Origin: an uncultured Muribaculaceae bacterium
GTDB taxonomy: Bacteria > Bacillota_I > Bacilli_A > RF39 > UBA660
DNA length: 60,786 nt
Direction of reading: 5' to 3'
Assembly (NCBI GenBank): GCA_964636965.1
Contig: CAZWST010000004.1
Span: forward strand, 1-60,786
Position numbers and translations under genes: made by a program. A model generated the notes under the pieces. That model was not told the origin of the DNA and searched no databases. It saw only the letters and a list, made by a program, of their open reading frames with translations. Of the stretch, positions 46,490 through 56,764 are shown piece by piece; within the stretch, counting starts at the first letter, position 1; each line of letters begins with the position of its first letter.

Positions 46490-47515
46490 ATGAAAAAAGT
46501 TTTATTTATTTTTTTATTTATTTTTAGTTTATTTTTAAAAGCTGACGTATATGCTGCTGGTAATCCATATAAGAAAACATTTAATTATAATGGACACCCT
46601 CTTACTAATTGTACTTGGTATGCTTGGGATCAAGCAAGTAGAAAAGCCCAAGTTAATCTACCTGGGTGGGGTAATGCAGCAACTTGGTATAATTCAGCAA
46701 AGAACGCAGGGTTTGAAGTTGGAAGTACACCTAGGGCAAAATCAATTGTTGTTTGGTCATGGTATAATTCAAATGGAAAAAATCTAGGTCATGTTGGTTA
46801 TGTTGAAAAAGTTGTTGGCGATAGAATTTATGTTTGGGATTCTGATTCATCATGCCACGATGAAAATTATCCACCTTTTAAAGAATGTATGGATAAGGCT
46901 TTATTAATTGATCAAGGTGCTCAAGAAGAATGTTATGTAAAATATGCAAAACAAGTTGCTTGTGAATATAGTGCTTCTTATTGGAGTATTCCTGGAGATT
47001 TAATTGGATATATTTATTTAGATAATGTACCCATAGTTAAGACAACAAAAAAGACAACAAAAGTACCTACTACTAAAAAGACAACAACTACTACTACAAC
47101 TACTGAACCAGTTAGCCAAATACCTTATTTAAATAACATTGAGTTAAGTAATGGAGCAATTGATTTTAAAAAAAATATTTATAAATATGAAATTGAGATT
47201 ACTGATGATATAAGTGAACTTTCCATTACTGCAACACCTGAAAGTGATAATTTATTAATTCAAGGAGATGGCAAAGTTAATCTAGTTGCTGGACAAAATG
47301 AATTTATAATTAAAGTATCTAATGATACTAATGAAACAACTTATACTTTAACTATCAATAAAAGAATTGTTGAAAAGGAGCAAGTTATCAACAACGAAAA
47401 GAAAGAAAAGAAGTTTTTAAGTAAAGAAATTATTATTTCTATCATTATTGGTGTAGTTCTATTTATAATTATTATAATAATTTATATATGCATACATAAA
47501 AAAAGAATATCTTAA
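46490..47515 (+). CDS. CHAP-domain peptidoglycan hydrolase with cadherin-like beta-sandwich domain and C-terminal TM anchor
   Basis: Signal peptide. CHAP Cys/His motifs NCTWYAWDQA and GHVGYVEKV, a Thr/Lys linker, YLNNIELSNGAIDFKKNIYKYEIEI...ITATPESDN, and the terminal TM IIISIIIGVVLFIIIIIIYICI. Confidence 0.8.
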   Translation: MKKVLFIFLFIFSLFLKADVYAAGNPYKKTFNYNGHPLTNCTWYAWDQASRKAQVNLPGWGNAATWYNSAKNAGFEVGSTPRAKSIVVWSWYNSNGKNLGHVGYVEKVVGDRIYVWDSDSSCHDENYPPFKECMDKALLIDQGAQEECYVKYAKQVACEYSASYWSIPGDLIGYIYLDNVPIVKTTKKTTKVPTTKKTTTTTTTTEPVSQIPYLNNIELSNGAIDFKKNIYKYEIEITDDISELSITATPESDNLLIQGDGKVNLVAGQNEFIIKVSNDTNETTYTLTINKRIVEKEQVINNEKKEKKFLSKEIIISIIIGVVLFIIIIIIYICIHKKRIS

Positions 47516-47946
47516 AGATATTCTTTTAATGTGTCATAAGCTCTTTCTTGCATTTTAATATATTCTTCTATGAGAGACTCTACATAAGGGTCTGGACTTT
47601 TATGATTAAGAAGTCTTCTTCCTTCTATTATTCCCATATTAGTTCCTTTTAGAAGTAATTCAACAGCTTTTGAATCACTTTTATCTATCATAGTTTTCAT
47701 TTCAATTCCATACCATGTCATTGCTTTATTAATAGCGCTTGTCTCTTGTGGATTTTTCTTACTATATTCTGGATATAATTCTGCAATCTTATCAGTAATG
47801 GTTTTATAATCATCTGATTGTTTATTTAATACTTTCTTTAATTCTTTACTATCAATTTTATCAAAGATAAAGTTAATCGCATCTATCCCCATGCAGGCAC
47901 CTTTATTAAGTTCATCTAGTACATCTATACTCTCTTTTTCCTTCAT
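47512..47946 (-). CDS. four-helix-bundle protein (DUF2383/ferritin-like guess)
   Basis: 144-aa helical ORF. The pattern IDVLDELNKGACMGIDAINFIFDKI...LLLKGTNMGIIEGRRLL resembles DUF2383 proteins of Firmicutes. Confidence 0.4.
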   Translation of the reverse strand: MKEKESIDVLDELNKGACMGIDAINFIFDKIDSKELKKVLNKQSDDYKTITDKIAELYPEYSKKNPQETSAINKAMTWYGIEMKTMIDKSDSKAVELLLKGTNMGIIEGRRLLNHKSPDPYVESLIEEYIKMQERAYDTLKEYL

Positions 47947-47993
47947 TTTTATTCACCCACTTATATTATGGGTTAATATGATATTCTTATACT

Positions 47994-48404
47994 TTAATAT
48001 CCATGTTCTTTTAAAAATTCAAGTTCCTTTTTATCTTCATATTTTTTCATTAAATCTGCTATTGCTCGATAGGCTTCAACATTTAATACATGTTCAATGA
48101 ATGTTGTACCATATTCAGAATATTCAAGCATAATATCTCCAACTAGTGTCATATCTAGTATAGTTTTTACATTTGCTGAATATAAAGCATTAATTATTTC
48201 CCAAGGAGAACCTTCTCTTAATTCCTTCATTATTTCAATTGCTAAAGAGAAAGCTCTTTTTTTTGCTTCAAAATAAACATTATCATAACAAGATACTCTG
48301 TTTACAAAAATTGTAATATCATTTTTAAATCGTTCTTGAGCAACTTCCTTGCAATATTTTCTGTAGTTAATCATTTCTTCTGCCCATTTTTGTAGTTCCA
48401 CCAT
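47994..48404 (-). CDS. hypothetical 136-aa helical protein
   Basis: ORF with a GAGGTG RBS. No recognised motif. Confidence 0.45.
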   Translation of the reverse strand: MVELQKWAEEMINYRKYCKEVAQERFKNDITIFVNRVSCYDNVYFEAKKRAFSLAIEIMKELREGSPWEIINALYSANVKTILDMTLVGDIMLEYSEYGTTFIEHVLNVEAYRAIADLMKKYEDKKELEFLKEHGY

Positions 48405-48505
48405 AAGAGCACCTCTTTATAAGTGATTATTCTAATACACATATTTTAATTAATCAAGTAATTATTAAAATAATATGCTATAATAAATGAACACGGAGGT
48501 ATGAG

Positions 48506-49255
48506 ATGGGATATAATTTTAAAGATACTGTTAGACTCTTTATGGTATTTGATATATTAGAAGATATAGTTAGAAGTGGACCAATAAACTGGGCAGTAAG
48601 TAGAAAAAGACTTGAAGATGTTAAAAATCATGTATTAGATTTAATTATAATGTATAGATTATTAGAAAGATATTTGCCAAGTGACTTAGATGGTATCAAG
48701 ATGATTGATTACATGATTGTGCATGACTTACCAGAAGCCATAACTGGAGATATATCAAAGTTTGAAGGTATAAGTGAAGAAGAGAGAACTAGAGTTAATA
48801 ATGAAGCAATTGATTATTTAATTCGTACATTCAATACAGTATTTGATTTTAGAGAATTGCTTCTGGGCTTCGAAAGTAAAAAAGATATTGAAGCAAAAAT
48901 AGTATCTATGTTGGATGCCGTTAGTTCAGCTGTTACTTTTTTAAAGTATGAGTGTGAAGGAGCTATTGATATGGATAATCCGAATATCATACCTGAATTA
49001 CAAATGTATGTTGATATGGCTAAAGAAAAAAACATAGATATAGGAGAAATATTTTATGAATATCATAAAAAGAGTTTAATTTTTACTGATGATGAATGTT
49101 TAAAATATCATATAAGTAGAAATGAGGCCGACTATATTGCAGAAGTTATCTTAGGATTCTTAGATGAATTTGCTAATCAAAAAAGAGATGGAAGCTTAAT
49201 TAAAGCATCTGATGATTTTCCAAAATCCGCAACAATTCACAAAATTATTAAATAA
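48506..49255 (+). CDS. HD-domain phosphohydrolase (YfbR-like 5'-nucleotidase fold)
   Basis: NHVLDLIIM (His) and MIVHDLPEAITGDI (HD...E..GD) metal-binding motifs. GGAGG RBS. Confidence 0.6.
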   Translation: MGYNFKDTVRLFMVFDILEDIVRSGPINWAVSRKRLEDVKNHVLDLIIMYRLLERYLPSDLDGIKMIDYMIVHDLPEAITGDISKFEGISEEERTRVNNEAIDYLIRTFNTVFDFRELLLGFESKKDIEAKIVSMLDAVSSAVTFLKYECEGAIDMDNPNIIPELQMYVDMAKEKNIDIGEIFYEYHKKSLIFTDDECLKYHISRNEADYIAEVILGFLDEFANQKRDGSLIKASDDFPKSATIHKIIK

Positions 49256-49326
49256 TATATTTTAGTATTTATTATTAATAAGTTTATTGATAGAATATAA
49301 TTAAGTGAGTATGTAGGAGTTGTAAA

Positions 49327-50673
49327 ATGAAGAATATTATTAAACTATTTGTAACTGTATTAATTGCTGGTTCAATTAATGTATTTGTAGTAACATCTTT
49401 TGTTAATGACACAAATATAAGTTTAAAGAGTATTAATTTACTTGAATATAATAAGGATAATGACACGATAAAAATTGAGATAGCAAAAAAAATGAGTGTG
49501 TTTTATAAATTTAACTTTACTTGCAATGCTTATAACAATGGAGACAATTATACTAATAGCAATCTAGGTAATAAATGTGTTTTAGAATTACCAGCTAGTG
49601 GAAACTATAAAATATTCTTATCAAATAAATATGGACGAAGTGAAACTTATAATTTAATTGATCATATAAATAATAAATTAGAATTTAATTTTGATAAAAA
49701 AGAAGCATACTTAGCTGTTGGTGAAAGTATGAATATTACATATTCTGATAAATATGTTTATCCGATTGAAAGTATATATGAATTTTATTCAACTGATGAT
49801 CATATTGCTAAAGTTCAAGACGGAAAAATAATAGGTGTTGCATCTGGAGTTACTTATATTAAAGAAAAGTCTAGCAATGAAGCAATAAAAGTTACCGTAA
49901 CTGATCTTATAACACCTTATACTCTTTCAAAAGTAAAAAAAGAAGTAATTCCTTGTGAAAAATATACGGAAGAAGAAGCAAATCTACTTGATGAACTACT
50001 CAAGTATTATATTAATGAAGCTGGATATAAAACTCGTGCTGGTGCGGTAGCTGCTGGAAGATTTCTAACTTTACAATTTAAGTATCGTGTACCTTATTTT
50101 TATGAAAATGGAAGAATAAATGATTCTGGAGTTCATAAAGCTGATGGAGAAGGAAGATATTATAAGACTGGTTTATATTTAAGTAAGAGCAAATATAAAG
50201 ATATATTATATACTTATGCAGATAAGGTGATGTGGGGATGCCCATTAAAAAATGGAACTAATAATCAAAGATATGGATTTGTTGCTGGCAATAAGATGCC
50301 AAACGGATTAGATTGTTCTGGATTTGTTTCATGGGCACTTGTCAATGGAGGATTTGATCCTGGAGATGTTGGTGCTGGAGAAAATGAAGGAATTTATCAA
50401 TTAACCGATACAGGAGAATTTAGAACACTAGATAGAAACCTTGCTTTATCTGGAGAAATTAAAACTGGTGATTTATTCAATTTTTGGGGACATATTGCTT
50501 TAATTATTGGACAAGATGAAAACAACTTCTATGTTGCTGAGTCTCTTCCACATCTTGGCGGAGTAATAGCTAAAACTTATCCAAAGAATACTGTTGCTAA
50601 TACATTTGAATTTGTCGTATTCATGGATAAATTTTATATAAATGATGGAAATTTAAAAGATTATTGGGAATAG
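49327..50673 (+). CDS. secreted NlpC/P60 (C40) peptidoglycan endopeptidase with Ig-like (Big_2-type) domain
   Basis: Signal/anchor segment, the Big_2-like stretch VGESMNITYSD...DHIAKVQDGKIIGVASGVTYI, the catalytic Cys LDCSGFVSWAL and the His GHIALIIG. Confidence 0.75.
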   Translation: MKNIIKLFVTVLIAGSINVFVVTSFVNDTNISLKSINLLEYNKDNDTIKIEIAKKMSVFYKFNFTCNAYNNGDNYTNSNLGNKCVLELPASGNYKIFLSNKYGRSETYNLIDHINNKLEFNFDKKEAYLAVGESMNITYSDKYVYPIESIYEFYSTDDHIAKVQDGKIIGVASGVTYIKEKSSNEAIKVTVTDLITPYTLSKVKKEVIPCEKYTEEEANLLDELLKYYINEAGYKTRAGAVAAGRFLTLQFKYRVPYFYENGRINDSGVHKADGEGRYYKTGLYLSKSKYKDILYTYADKVMWGCPLKNGTNNQRYGFVAGNKMPNGLDCSGFVSWALVNGGFDPGDVGAGENEGIYQLTDTGEFRTLDRNLALSGEIKTGDLFNFWGHIALIIGQDENNFYVAESLPHLGGVIAKTYPKNTVANTFEFVVFMDKFYINDGNLKDYWE

Positions 50674-50682
50674 AAAAGAAGG

Positions 50683-52161
50683 CTAATTTTTATAGCCTTC
50701 TTTTTCATAATGTTCAAGTAGTAATCTAGCAACTCTAGAATAATCATATTCAATACTACTATAACTTAAATTTATAATCATATGTTCATCCTTATCCTTT
50801 AAAGGAGCTAGATAGTATTTTACTGGATCATTTTCTCTTTTTTTAGACTTCTCATCTTTTTTATTTTGTTGGTAAATAGATATATATAAGCTTTCATCTT
50901 TGATAGAGTCTTTTATGTTATTGAATACTTTTTCATTTATATCAAGTTCAACTACGACATGTTCTTCACTTGATTCATTTATTAATTTTACAATATCATC
51001 AATATTCTTCTCTTCTTTATTAACCATAATCTTAGCATTGTTTTTCTTTAATATATCTAAGGATTCTTTTAATTCATTTATTTTGTCTTTATAATTTTTT
51101 AATCTATAACTTGTTATTCTAATTATTTTAGAACCATTAATATATTCTTCTGTATTCTTTGTATATACGTCACAAACTTCTTTATAATTATCTGTTAAAC
51201 ACTTTGATAAAACTTCATCTTCTATTCTATCAGCCGTTTCTGCATCTATTTCAAATAACGCTTCGCTAGCCCATGAGAATGCCTCTATATGTGCAGCATA
51301 ATTAGATAGTTCATCATCACTTTTTATACCTGCTAAAAAAGTACAGTACACTGCTTCGCTTTCTCTTAAGATTCCTTTAGTATGACAAAATTCATGAGTT
51401 ATGGTGTTTATTATACTGGTACTTGGACTGGTATAATCAAAATAAGTATTATATGGTGTTGTAAATCCAACTACTTTAGATCCTAAAACGCCTCTCATTG
51501 CATTATTAATTCTACTACTCTTTTTAGGATATAAGCCTTTAAGAAGTTTTATTTCATCACTAATATTTTTTAGATTTTTAACTGCTTGTTTATTATAATT
51601 AATATTAGTTTTAATTGTGTTATCTTCATTTCTTTCTATTTTATTAGCTTCACTAATAATAGTTTTTGATAAGTATTCATTTAATCTAATTAAATCTTTA
51701 GGTTCATATGCTTTATCTTTTGTGCTCTTAAAATACATGCTATCAAAATGCGGTAGGTGGTTAGAAAACTGAGATAAGTAATTTGGAAATATAAACAAAA
51801 TTGAGCTTATTATAAATATGGTATAAAATCTATTAACAATCTTACTTCTCTCTTCATAATTTCTTTTACTAAATTCTTCATAGTAAATATCCACAATAAT
51901 ATCAATAATTAATAATATTAAATACAAGACTCCAAGTATTATAGATAGATAATTAATATTACTATTTAAATAATAAAATAATCCATTAATATTATTAGAA
52001 ATATTTGCAATAAAGAAGTATGCATAATCATCATTAAAATATAAAATTATATTATTGATTATAAAAAGAACTATCGCGATTAAACATCCAATGTTTATAT
52101 ATATATTTAATTTGCTTAATTTTATTGGTTCTTTTTTCTCGCATTTTTTCTTCTTTTTCAT
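50683..52161 (-). CDS. DUF3810-like membrane protein with HExxH motif
   Basis: Three N-terminal TMs followed by a soluble domain with ITHEFCHTKG and a later E-containing helix, as in DUF3810 putative zinc peptidases. Confidence 0.55.
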   Translation of the reverse strand: MKKKKKCEKKEPIKLSKLNIYINIGCLIAIVLFIINNIILYFNDDYAYFFIANISNNINGLFYYLNSNINYLSIILGVLYLILLIIDIIVDIYYEEFSKRNYEERSKIVNRFYTIFIISSILFIFPNYLSQFSNHLPHFDSMYFKSTKDKAYEPKDLIRLNEYLSKTIISEANKIERNEDNTIKTNINYNKQAVKNLKNISDEIKLLKGLYPKKSSRINNAMRGVLGSKVVGFTTPYNTYFDYTSPSTSIINTITHEFCHTKGILRESEAVYCTFLAGIKSDDELSNYAAHIEAFSWASEALFEIDAETADRIEDEVLSKCLTDNYKEVCDVYTKNTEEYINGSKIIRITSYRLKNYKDKINELKESLDILKKNNAKIMVNKEEKNIDDIVKLINESSEEHVVVELDINEKVFNNIKDSIKDESLYISIYQQNKKDEKSKKRENDPVKYYLAPLKDKDEHMIINLSYSSIEYDYSRVARLLLEHYEKEGYKN

Positions 52162-52185
52162 AAGTTATCTCCCTAATAAATAAAT

Positions 52186-52214
52186 TCAAAAAAATAAGTA
52201 TGTAACTACTTATT
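52186..52214 (-). terminator. hairpin plus U-run immediately downstream of the 39-codon ORF
   Basis: Stem AATAAGTA/TACTTATT with a 6-nt loop, overlapping the stop codon and followed on the minus strand by a U-run. It lies only ~25 nt upstream of the DUF3810 start. Confidence 0.5.
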
Positions 52215-52325
52215 TTTCTTTTTATTTTTTGAACTTTTCTTATTAATATATTTTACCTTTACACCTTTTTCGTAAGCAAATTTCTTTTTTACTCCGTCTG
52301 GTAAATTTTTTTTATAAACTTTCAT
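52206..52325 (-). CDS. small Lys-rich 39-aa ORF (MKVYKKNLPDGVKKKFAYEKGVKVKYINKKSSKNKKKNK), not in the ORF track
   Basis: GGAGGG RBS 7 nt upstream of ATG 52325, with its own downstream hairpin. Coding status is unproven. Confidence 0.35.
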   Translation of the reverse strand: MKVYKKNLPDGVKKKFAYEKGVKVKYINKKSSKNKKKNK

Positions 52326-52428
52326 ATATACCCTCCATTACTAATACGTCAATATTATAGCATATTTAAGCTTATTTTGTTATATAAAATGTATATTTTT
52401 TTTGATATAATTAAAATAGGTGAAGTAT

Positions 52429-52623
52429 ATGTTAGATATAGTAATAGATAACAAAACATTTACTTATGTTAATAGTGTTAAAATAGATGATAAGAGTTAT
52501 ATAGCCTATACAGATGGTGTTAATATATATATCAGTGAATTTCATTATGATAATGGAAAAATTATTATTAGTGAAATTGATAATAAAACATTTTTAGAAA
52601 TTAAGGAGGCTATTTCTTTATGA
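52429..52623 (+). CDS. small DUF1292-like hypothetical protein
   Basis: AGGTGA RBS before ATG 52429. A 64-aa beta-rich protein (KIDDKSYIAYTDGVNIYISEFHYDNGKIIISEI). ATGA overlap with the next gene. Confidence 0.4.
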   Translation: MLDIVIDNKTFTYVNSVKIDDKSYIAYTDGVNIYISEFHYDNGKIIISEIDNKTFLEIKEAISL

Positions 52624-53921
52624 GTAGATTTATATTTAGAATTGAAGATGATGCCTTAGTTGCTAAAAAAGTTGTTAATGGTATTGCTACCGAATTTGTT
52701 GGAGAAAAAGCTATTAATAAGCTTAAGGCCCTTGATACAATAAAATATAAAAGAACTAAAGTTTTAGAGCATGGAATATTACTTGAAAGTGATAGAGCAA
52801 GAGTATATATTTGTGATGATGTTTTGTTTAATAAAGATAATTATCAAAATTGCCTATTTCACACTATGAAGAAAATCAATAATGCTTTAAAGAAATGGAA
52901 TAAAAAACAAAATGAGGGGAAAACAGTTATGCCAGGGGTTGCTAAAGGTGTTGCGACTATCGGAATATTAGCTGCTATTGGTATTGCAATCGTATCAGGA
53001 AATTTAAAAGATGAAACATATGTAGCTGATATTGCAATTGAAGAGCTTAATGATGATTTAAATGAAGACATTATTAATACAATTCATGATGAAACAAATG
53101 TTGTTGAAAGCAAAATTATTGATGATCAAATTGAAATGCAAAATGATGCTCAGATTGATTATGGTGTAAGTAGCATTGATATACCACAAGATGATTTAAC
53201 TACTAGTTTATTAAATGAATTAAATGAAACAGATAATAATATAGTTAACTTATCTTTTAATGATGAATTTGATGAAGTTAAATACAATAATGTTATTAGT
53301 AATTATTATGAAGCTACCTATGAAAGAGCTTCTAGATGGGGAGTATCTACTAATTTAGCCCTTAGTATGATGTCACAAGAAAGTGGCGGGTATGAAGAAA
53401 ACTTGATGCAAATTCAATGGGGATCATGGGCAGAAGAACCTATAACTATATTCAATTTTGAAAAAAACGAATACGAAAAAATTGTTCTTACTGAAAATCC
53501 CGAAAATTTTAATAATCAAGGTATAACTCAATTTATTTCTAAAGAAGATTTAAAAAATCCGAAAACTAATATCTCAATTGGTTGCATTATCTTAAGATAT
53601 TCATTTGATCAAATGAACCATAATATTACTGCTGCAATTCAAGCTTATAATTTTGGAGTTAATAATATGAATAAAGTATTAGATGCTGCTGCTCTAGATT
53701 TAGGTACTACAAGAGATGAATTATTGAATAATCAAAATGATACAACATTCCTAAACTATAGAGATGTTATTACAGTAGGAGATCCACATTATGTTGAAAA
53801 TACGCTAAGATTCTTACAAAATCCAAATGAAGCTATATCAATTAAATATATAGATGATTTTGGTGAGCCACAAGAAACTAGTGTTATAATTAATAATGCT
53901 GAGTCATCTAAAAAATTATAA
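52620..53921 (+). CDS. membrane-anchored lytic transglycosylase (SLT domain) protein
   Basis: Central TM (GVATIGILAAIGIAIVSG). C-terminal SLT motifs ALSMMSQESGG (catalytic Glu) and AAIQAYNFGVNNM. Confidence 0.7.
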   Translation: MSRFIFRIEDDALVAKKVVNGIATEFVGEKAINKLKALDTIKYKRTKVLEHGILLESDRARVYICDDVLFNKDNYQNCLFHTMKKINNALKKWNKKQNEGKTVMPGVAKGVATIGILAAIGIAIVSGNLKDETYVADIAIEELNDDLNEDIINTIHDETNVVESKIIDDQIEMQNDAQIDYGVSSIDIPQDDLTTSLLNELNETDNNIVNLSFNDEFDEVKYNNVISNYYEATYERASRWGVSTNLALSMMSQESGGYEENLMQIQWGSWAEEPITIFNFEKNEYEKIVLTENPENFNNQGITQFISKEDLKNPKTNISIGCIILRYSFDQMNHNITAAIQAYNFGVNNMNKVLDAAALDLGTTRDELLNNQNDTTFLNYRDVITVGDPHYVENTLRFLQNPNEAISIKYIDDFGEPQETSVIINNAESSKKL

Positions 53922-53964
53922 TAAAAAAAATCACTTATACATATAATGTTATAGGTGATTTTTT

Positions 53965-54390
53965 ATGTTAGTAAATTATACTACAAAAGAACTTGATTTA
54001 ATGGCAAGACTGATGAGAGCTGAAGCTTTAGGAGATGGAGAGCTTGCTATGTTAATGGTTGGAAATGTTATATTAAATAGATGTATTGGAACTTGTGATA
54101 TTTTTAAAAACGTAAGATCAATTTATGATGTTATTTATCAATCTCCAGGCGGTTTTGTTGGTACTAATTCTTCATTATTTCAATCATCTTCCACTACTTC
54201 TGAAAAGAATTTAGCTAGAAGATGTCTCCGAGGTGAATACTTTTATCCAGCAACACATGCTTTATGGTTTTATGCTCCGGGAGGTAAAAATACTTGTAGA
54301 CAAACTTGGTACAATCAAGAATTAGCTGGTAGATATAAAAGCCATTGCTTTTATAATCCAGATCCTGGAATGTGCCCCGAAATAAGATAA
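53965..54390 (+). CDS. SleB/CwlJ-type cell wall hydrolase (Hydrolase_2 domain)
   Basis: LMARLMRAEALGDGELAMLMVGNVILNR and the later WFYAP...WYN motif, typical of spore cortex-lytic enzymes. Confidence 0.75.
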   Translation: MLVNYTTKELDLMARLMRAEALGDGELAMLMVGNVILNRCIGTCDIFKNVRSIYDVIYQSPGGFVGTNSSLFQSSSTTSEKNLARRCLRGEYFYPATHALWFYAPGGKNTCRQTWYNQELAGRYKSHCFYNPDPGMCPEIR

Positions 54391-54403
54391 AAGACGCTTA
54401 ATA

Positions 54404-56698
54404 TTAAGCGTCTTTCCATTTCCAATCAGTTACTTCTATTAAGTCTTTTCCTGTTGTAGTAATGAGTTCTCTGTGTTCTTTTAATTTATTTTCACAGTAT
54501 TCTTTTAATTCTGGATTTCTATTTAAAGTATTTAATACATCAATAGTTAGATTGTACCTATCTATTTTATTTAATACACGCATATCAAATGGAGTTGTTA
54601 TCGCACCTTCTTCTTCATAACCATGAATTTCGAATTTTCTATCTCTATTATAAATAAGTTCTTCTATTGCGCTTTTATATCCGTGGAATGCAAATATTAC
54701 TGGTACATTAGGTATGAAGAAACTATTGAATTCTTCATTACTTAATCTTTCTAATGTAAGTAAATCAACAACATTAACTACACGGACACGAATGTCTGTT
54801 TTTTCTTTAAGAAAACTAGTTGCGGCCATAACTTCAAGAGTTGGTGTATCTCCTGCACAAGCAAGTATTACTTCTGGATTTTCATCACTTGCAAAATCCC
54901 ATATACCAATTCCTTTTTCGCAATGTTTAATCGTTTCTTCATAGTTTAACCATTGTGGTCTTTCATGTTTAGATGCAACTATTGTATTAACTTTATTCTT
55001 TGTTTTTAAGCATTTATCCATATAATATATTAATGAGTTAGTATCATATGGCAAATATACTTCTACAATATCATGTTTTTTATTTAATATATGATTAATA
55101 AACCCTGGCTCTTGATGTGTATAACCATTGTGGTCCTGTTGCCATATATGGCTTGTTTCAATTATATTTAGTGATGAAATTGGTGCCCTCCAAGGAATTT
55201 CTTTAGTCATTTTAAGCCATTTAGCATGAATACCAATCATGGAATCTACTACTCTTATAAAAGCTTCATACGAATGAATTAAACCATGTCTTCCAGTTAA
55301 AAGATAACCTTCTAATGCTCCTTCTGCAAAATGCTCAGAAAGATATGAATCAAATACTCTTCCATATGGGTAAACATGTTCATCTTTTTCTGAAATTGGA
55401 AGTAGCCACTGACGATCTGTTACTTCAAACACATGATTTAATCTGTTGGACATTGCTTCATCTGGTCCGAATATTCTAAAGTTTCTATTATTTTCATTTA
55501 AGCTAACTACATCTCTTAAGTATTTTCCTAGTTCAAACATGTCTTTGCCAATTATATCGCCATGGCTACAATTAACCATATAATTCTTTATATCTGGTAA
55601 TTTTAAATCTTCTAAGAGTAATCCTCCATTAACAATTGGGTTTGCGCTCATTCTTTGATTTCCTTTTGGAAGGAACGTTCTTATTTCATCTAATACTCGT
55701 CCATTTTCATCGAATATTTCTTCTGGCTTATATTTTCTCATCCAATTTTCTAATAGAGTGATATTCTCTAGCTTATTTTCATCTATTTCTAGTGGTACTT
55801 GATGAGCTTTAAAACTTCCTTCAACATTCTCCGGTCCAGTCCATCCTTTTGGTGTTCTAAATATTATCATTGGCCATCTAACATTTTCTAGCTTTTCAGT
55901 GGTTTTAGCTTTTTCTTTTAATTCTTTAATTTCAGTTATTACTGTATCCATAGTAGAAGCCATTTTCTCTTGCATTTCATCAATGTTGCTTCCTTCAACA
56001 AAGTATGGATGCCATCCATAACCTTTGAATAAAGATTCAACATCTGAATGACTCATCCTTGATAATACTGTTGGGTTAGAAATTTTAAAACCATTAAGAT
56101 GTATAATAGGTAAAACAACTCCATCTGTTAAAGGGTTTAAAAATTTATTAATATGCCAAGAAGTTGCTAAAGGTCCAGTTTCTGCTTCTCCATCACCAAC
56201 AATACATGTTGCGATTAAATTGGGATTATCTAGTACAGCTCCAAATCCATGAATTAAACTATATCCTAATTCGCCACCCTCATGAATACTTCCTGGAGTT
56301 TCTGGTGCAACATGAGAAGATATGCCACCCGGGAAAGAAAATTGCTTAAATAATCTTTTTAAACCTTCTTCATCCTCAGTAATATTTGGGTAGACTTCTG
56401 AATATGTTCCATCGAGGTAAGCATTTGTTACTGCTGTTTGACCTCCATGCCCTGGTCCAACTAAATAAATCATATTTAAATTATATTTAGTAATGACACG
56501 ATTTAAATGCATAAAGATAAAATTCTGCCCTGGTATTGTTCCCCAGTGTCCAACTAATCTTGGTTTAATATGTTTTAGTTCCAATTTTTCTTTTAAAAGA
56601 GGGTTATCTAATAAATATAGTTGCCCAACAGCTAGATAATTTGCTGCATTAAAATACTTGTTTAATTGAACTAGTTCAGTTTCTGTAAGTGTACTCAA
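54404..56698 (-). CDS. xfp: phosphoketolase (xylulose-5-P/fructose-6-P phosphoketolase)
   Basis: 764-aa ORF. N-terminal AANYLAVGQLYLLDNPLL, GHWGTIPGQNF, the ThDP motif EGGELGYSLIHGFGAVLDNP and the GDGEAETGP block. Confidence 0.9.
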   Translation of the reverse strand: MSTLTETELVQLNKYFNAANYLAVGQLYLLDNPLLKEKLELKHIKPRLVGHWGTIPGQNFIFMHLNRVITKYNLNMIYLVGPGHGGQTAVTNAYLDGTYSEVYPNITEDEEGLKRLFKQFSFPGGISSHVAPETPGSIHEGGELGYSLIHGFGAVLDNPNLIATCIVGDGEAETGPLATSWHINKFLNPLTDGVVLPIIHLNGFKISNPTVLSRMSHSDVESLFKGYGWHPYFVEGSNIDEMQEKMASTMDTVITEIKELKEKAKTTEKLENVRWPMIIFRTPKGWTGPENVEGSFKAHQVPLEIDENKLENITLLENWMRKYKPEEIFDENGRVLDEIRTFLPKGNQRMSANPIVNGGLLLEDLKLPDIKNYMVNCSHGDIIGKDMFELGKYLRDVVSLNENNRNFRIFGPDEAMSNRLNHVFEVTDRQWLLPISEKDEHVYPYGRVFDSYLSEHFAEGALEGYLLTGRHGLIHSYEAFIRVVDSMIGIHAKWLKMTKEIPWRAPISSLNIIETSHIWQQDHNGYTHQEPGFINHILNKKHDIVEVYLPYDTNSLIYYMDKCLKTKNKVNTIVASKHERPQWLNYEETIKHCEKGIGIWDFASDENPEVILACAGDTPTLEVMAATSFLKEKTDIRVRVVNVVDLLTLERLSNEEFNSFFIPNVPVIFAFHGYKSAIEELIYNRDRKFEIHGYEEEGAITTPFDMRVLNKIDRYNLTIDVLNTLNRNPELKEYCENKLKEHRELITTTGKDLIEVTDWKWKDA

Positions 56699-56764
56699 TT
56701 AAATCGACCCCTATTCTAATAATTATTATACCATATCAGATATTTTTTAATAAAAAAAGATGAA

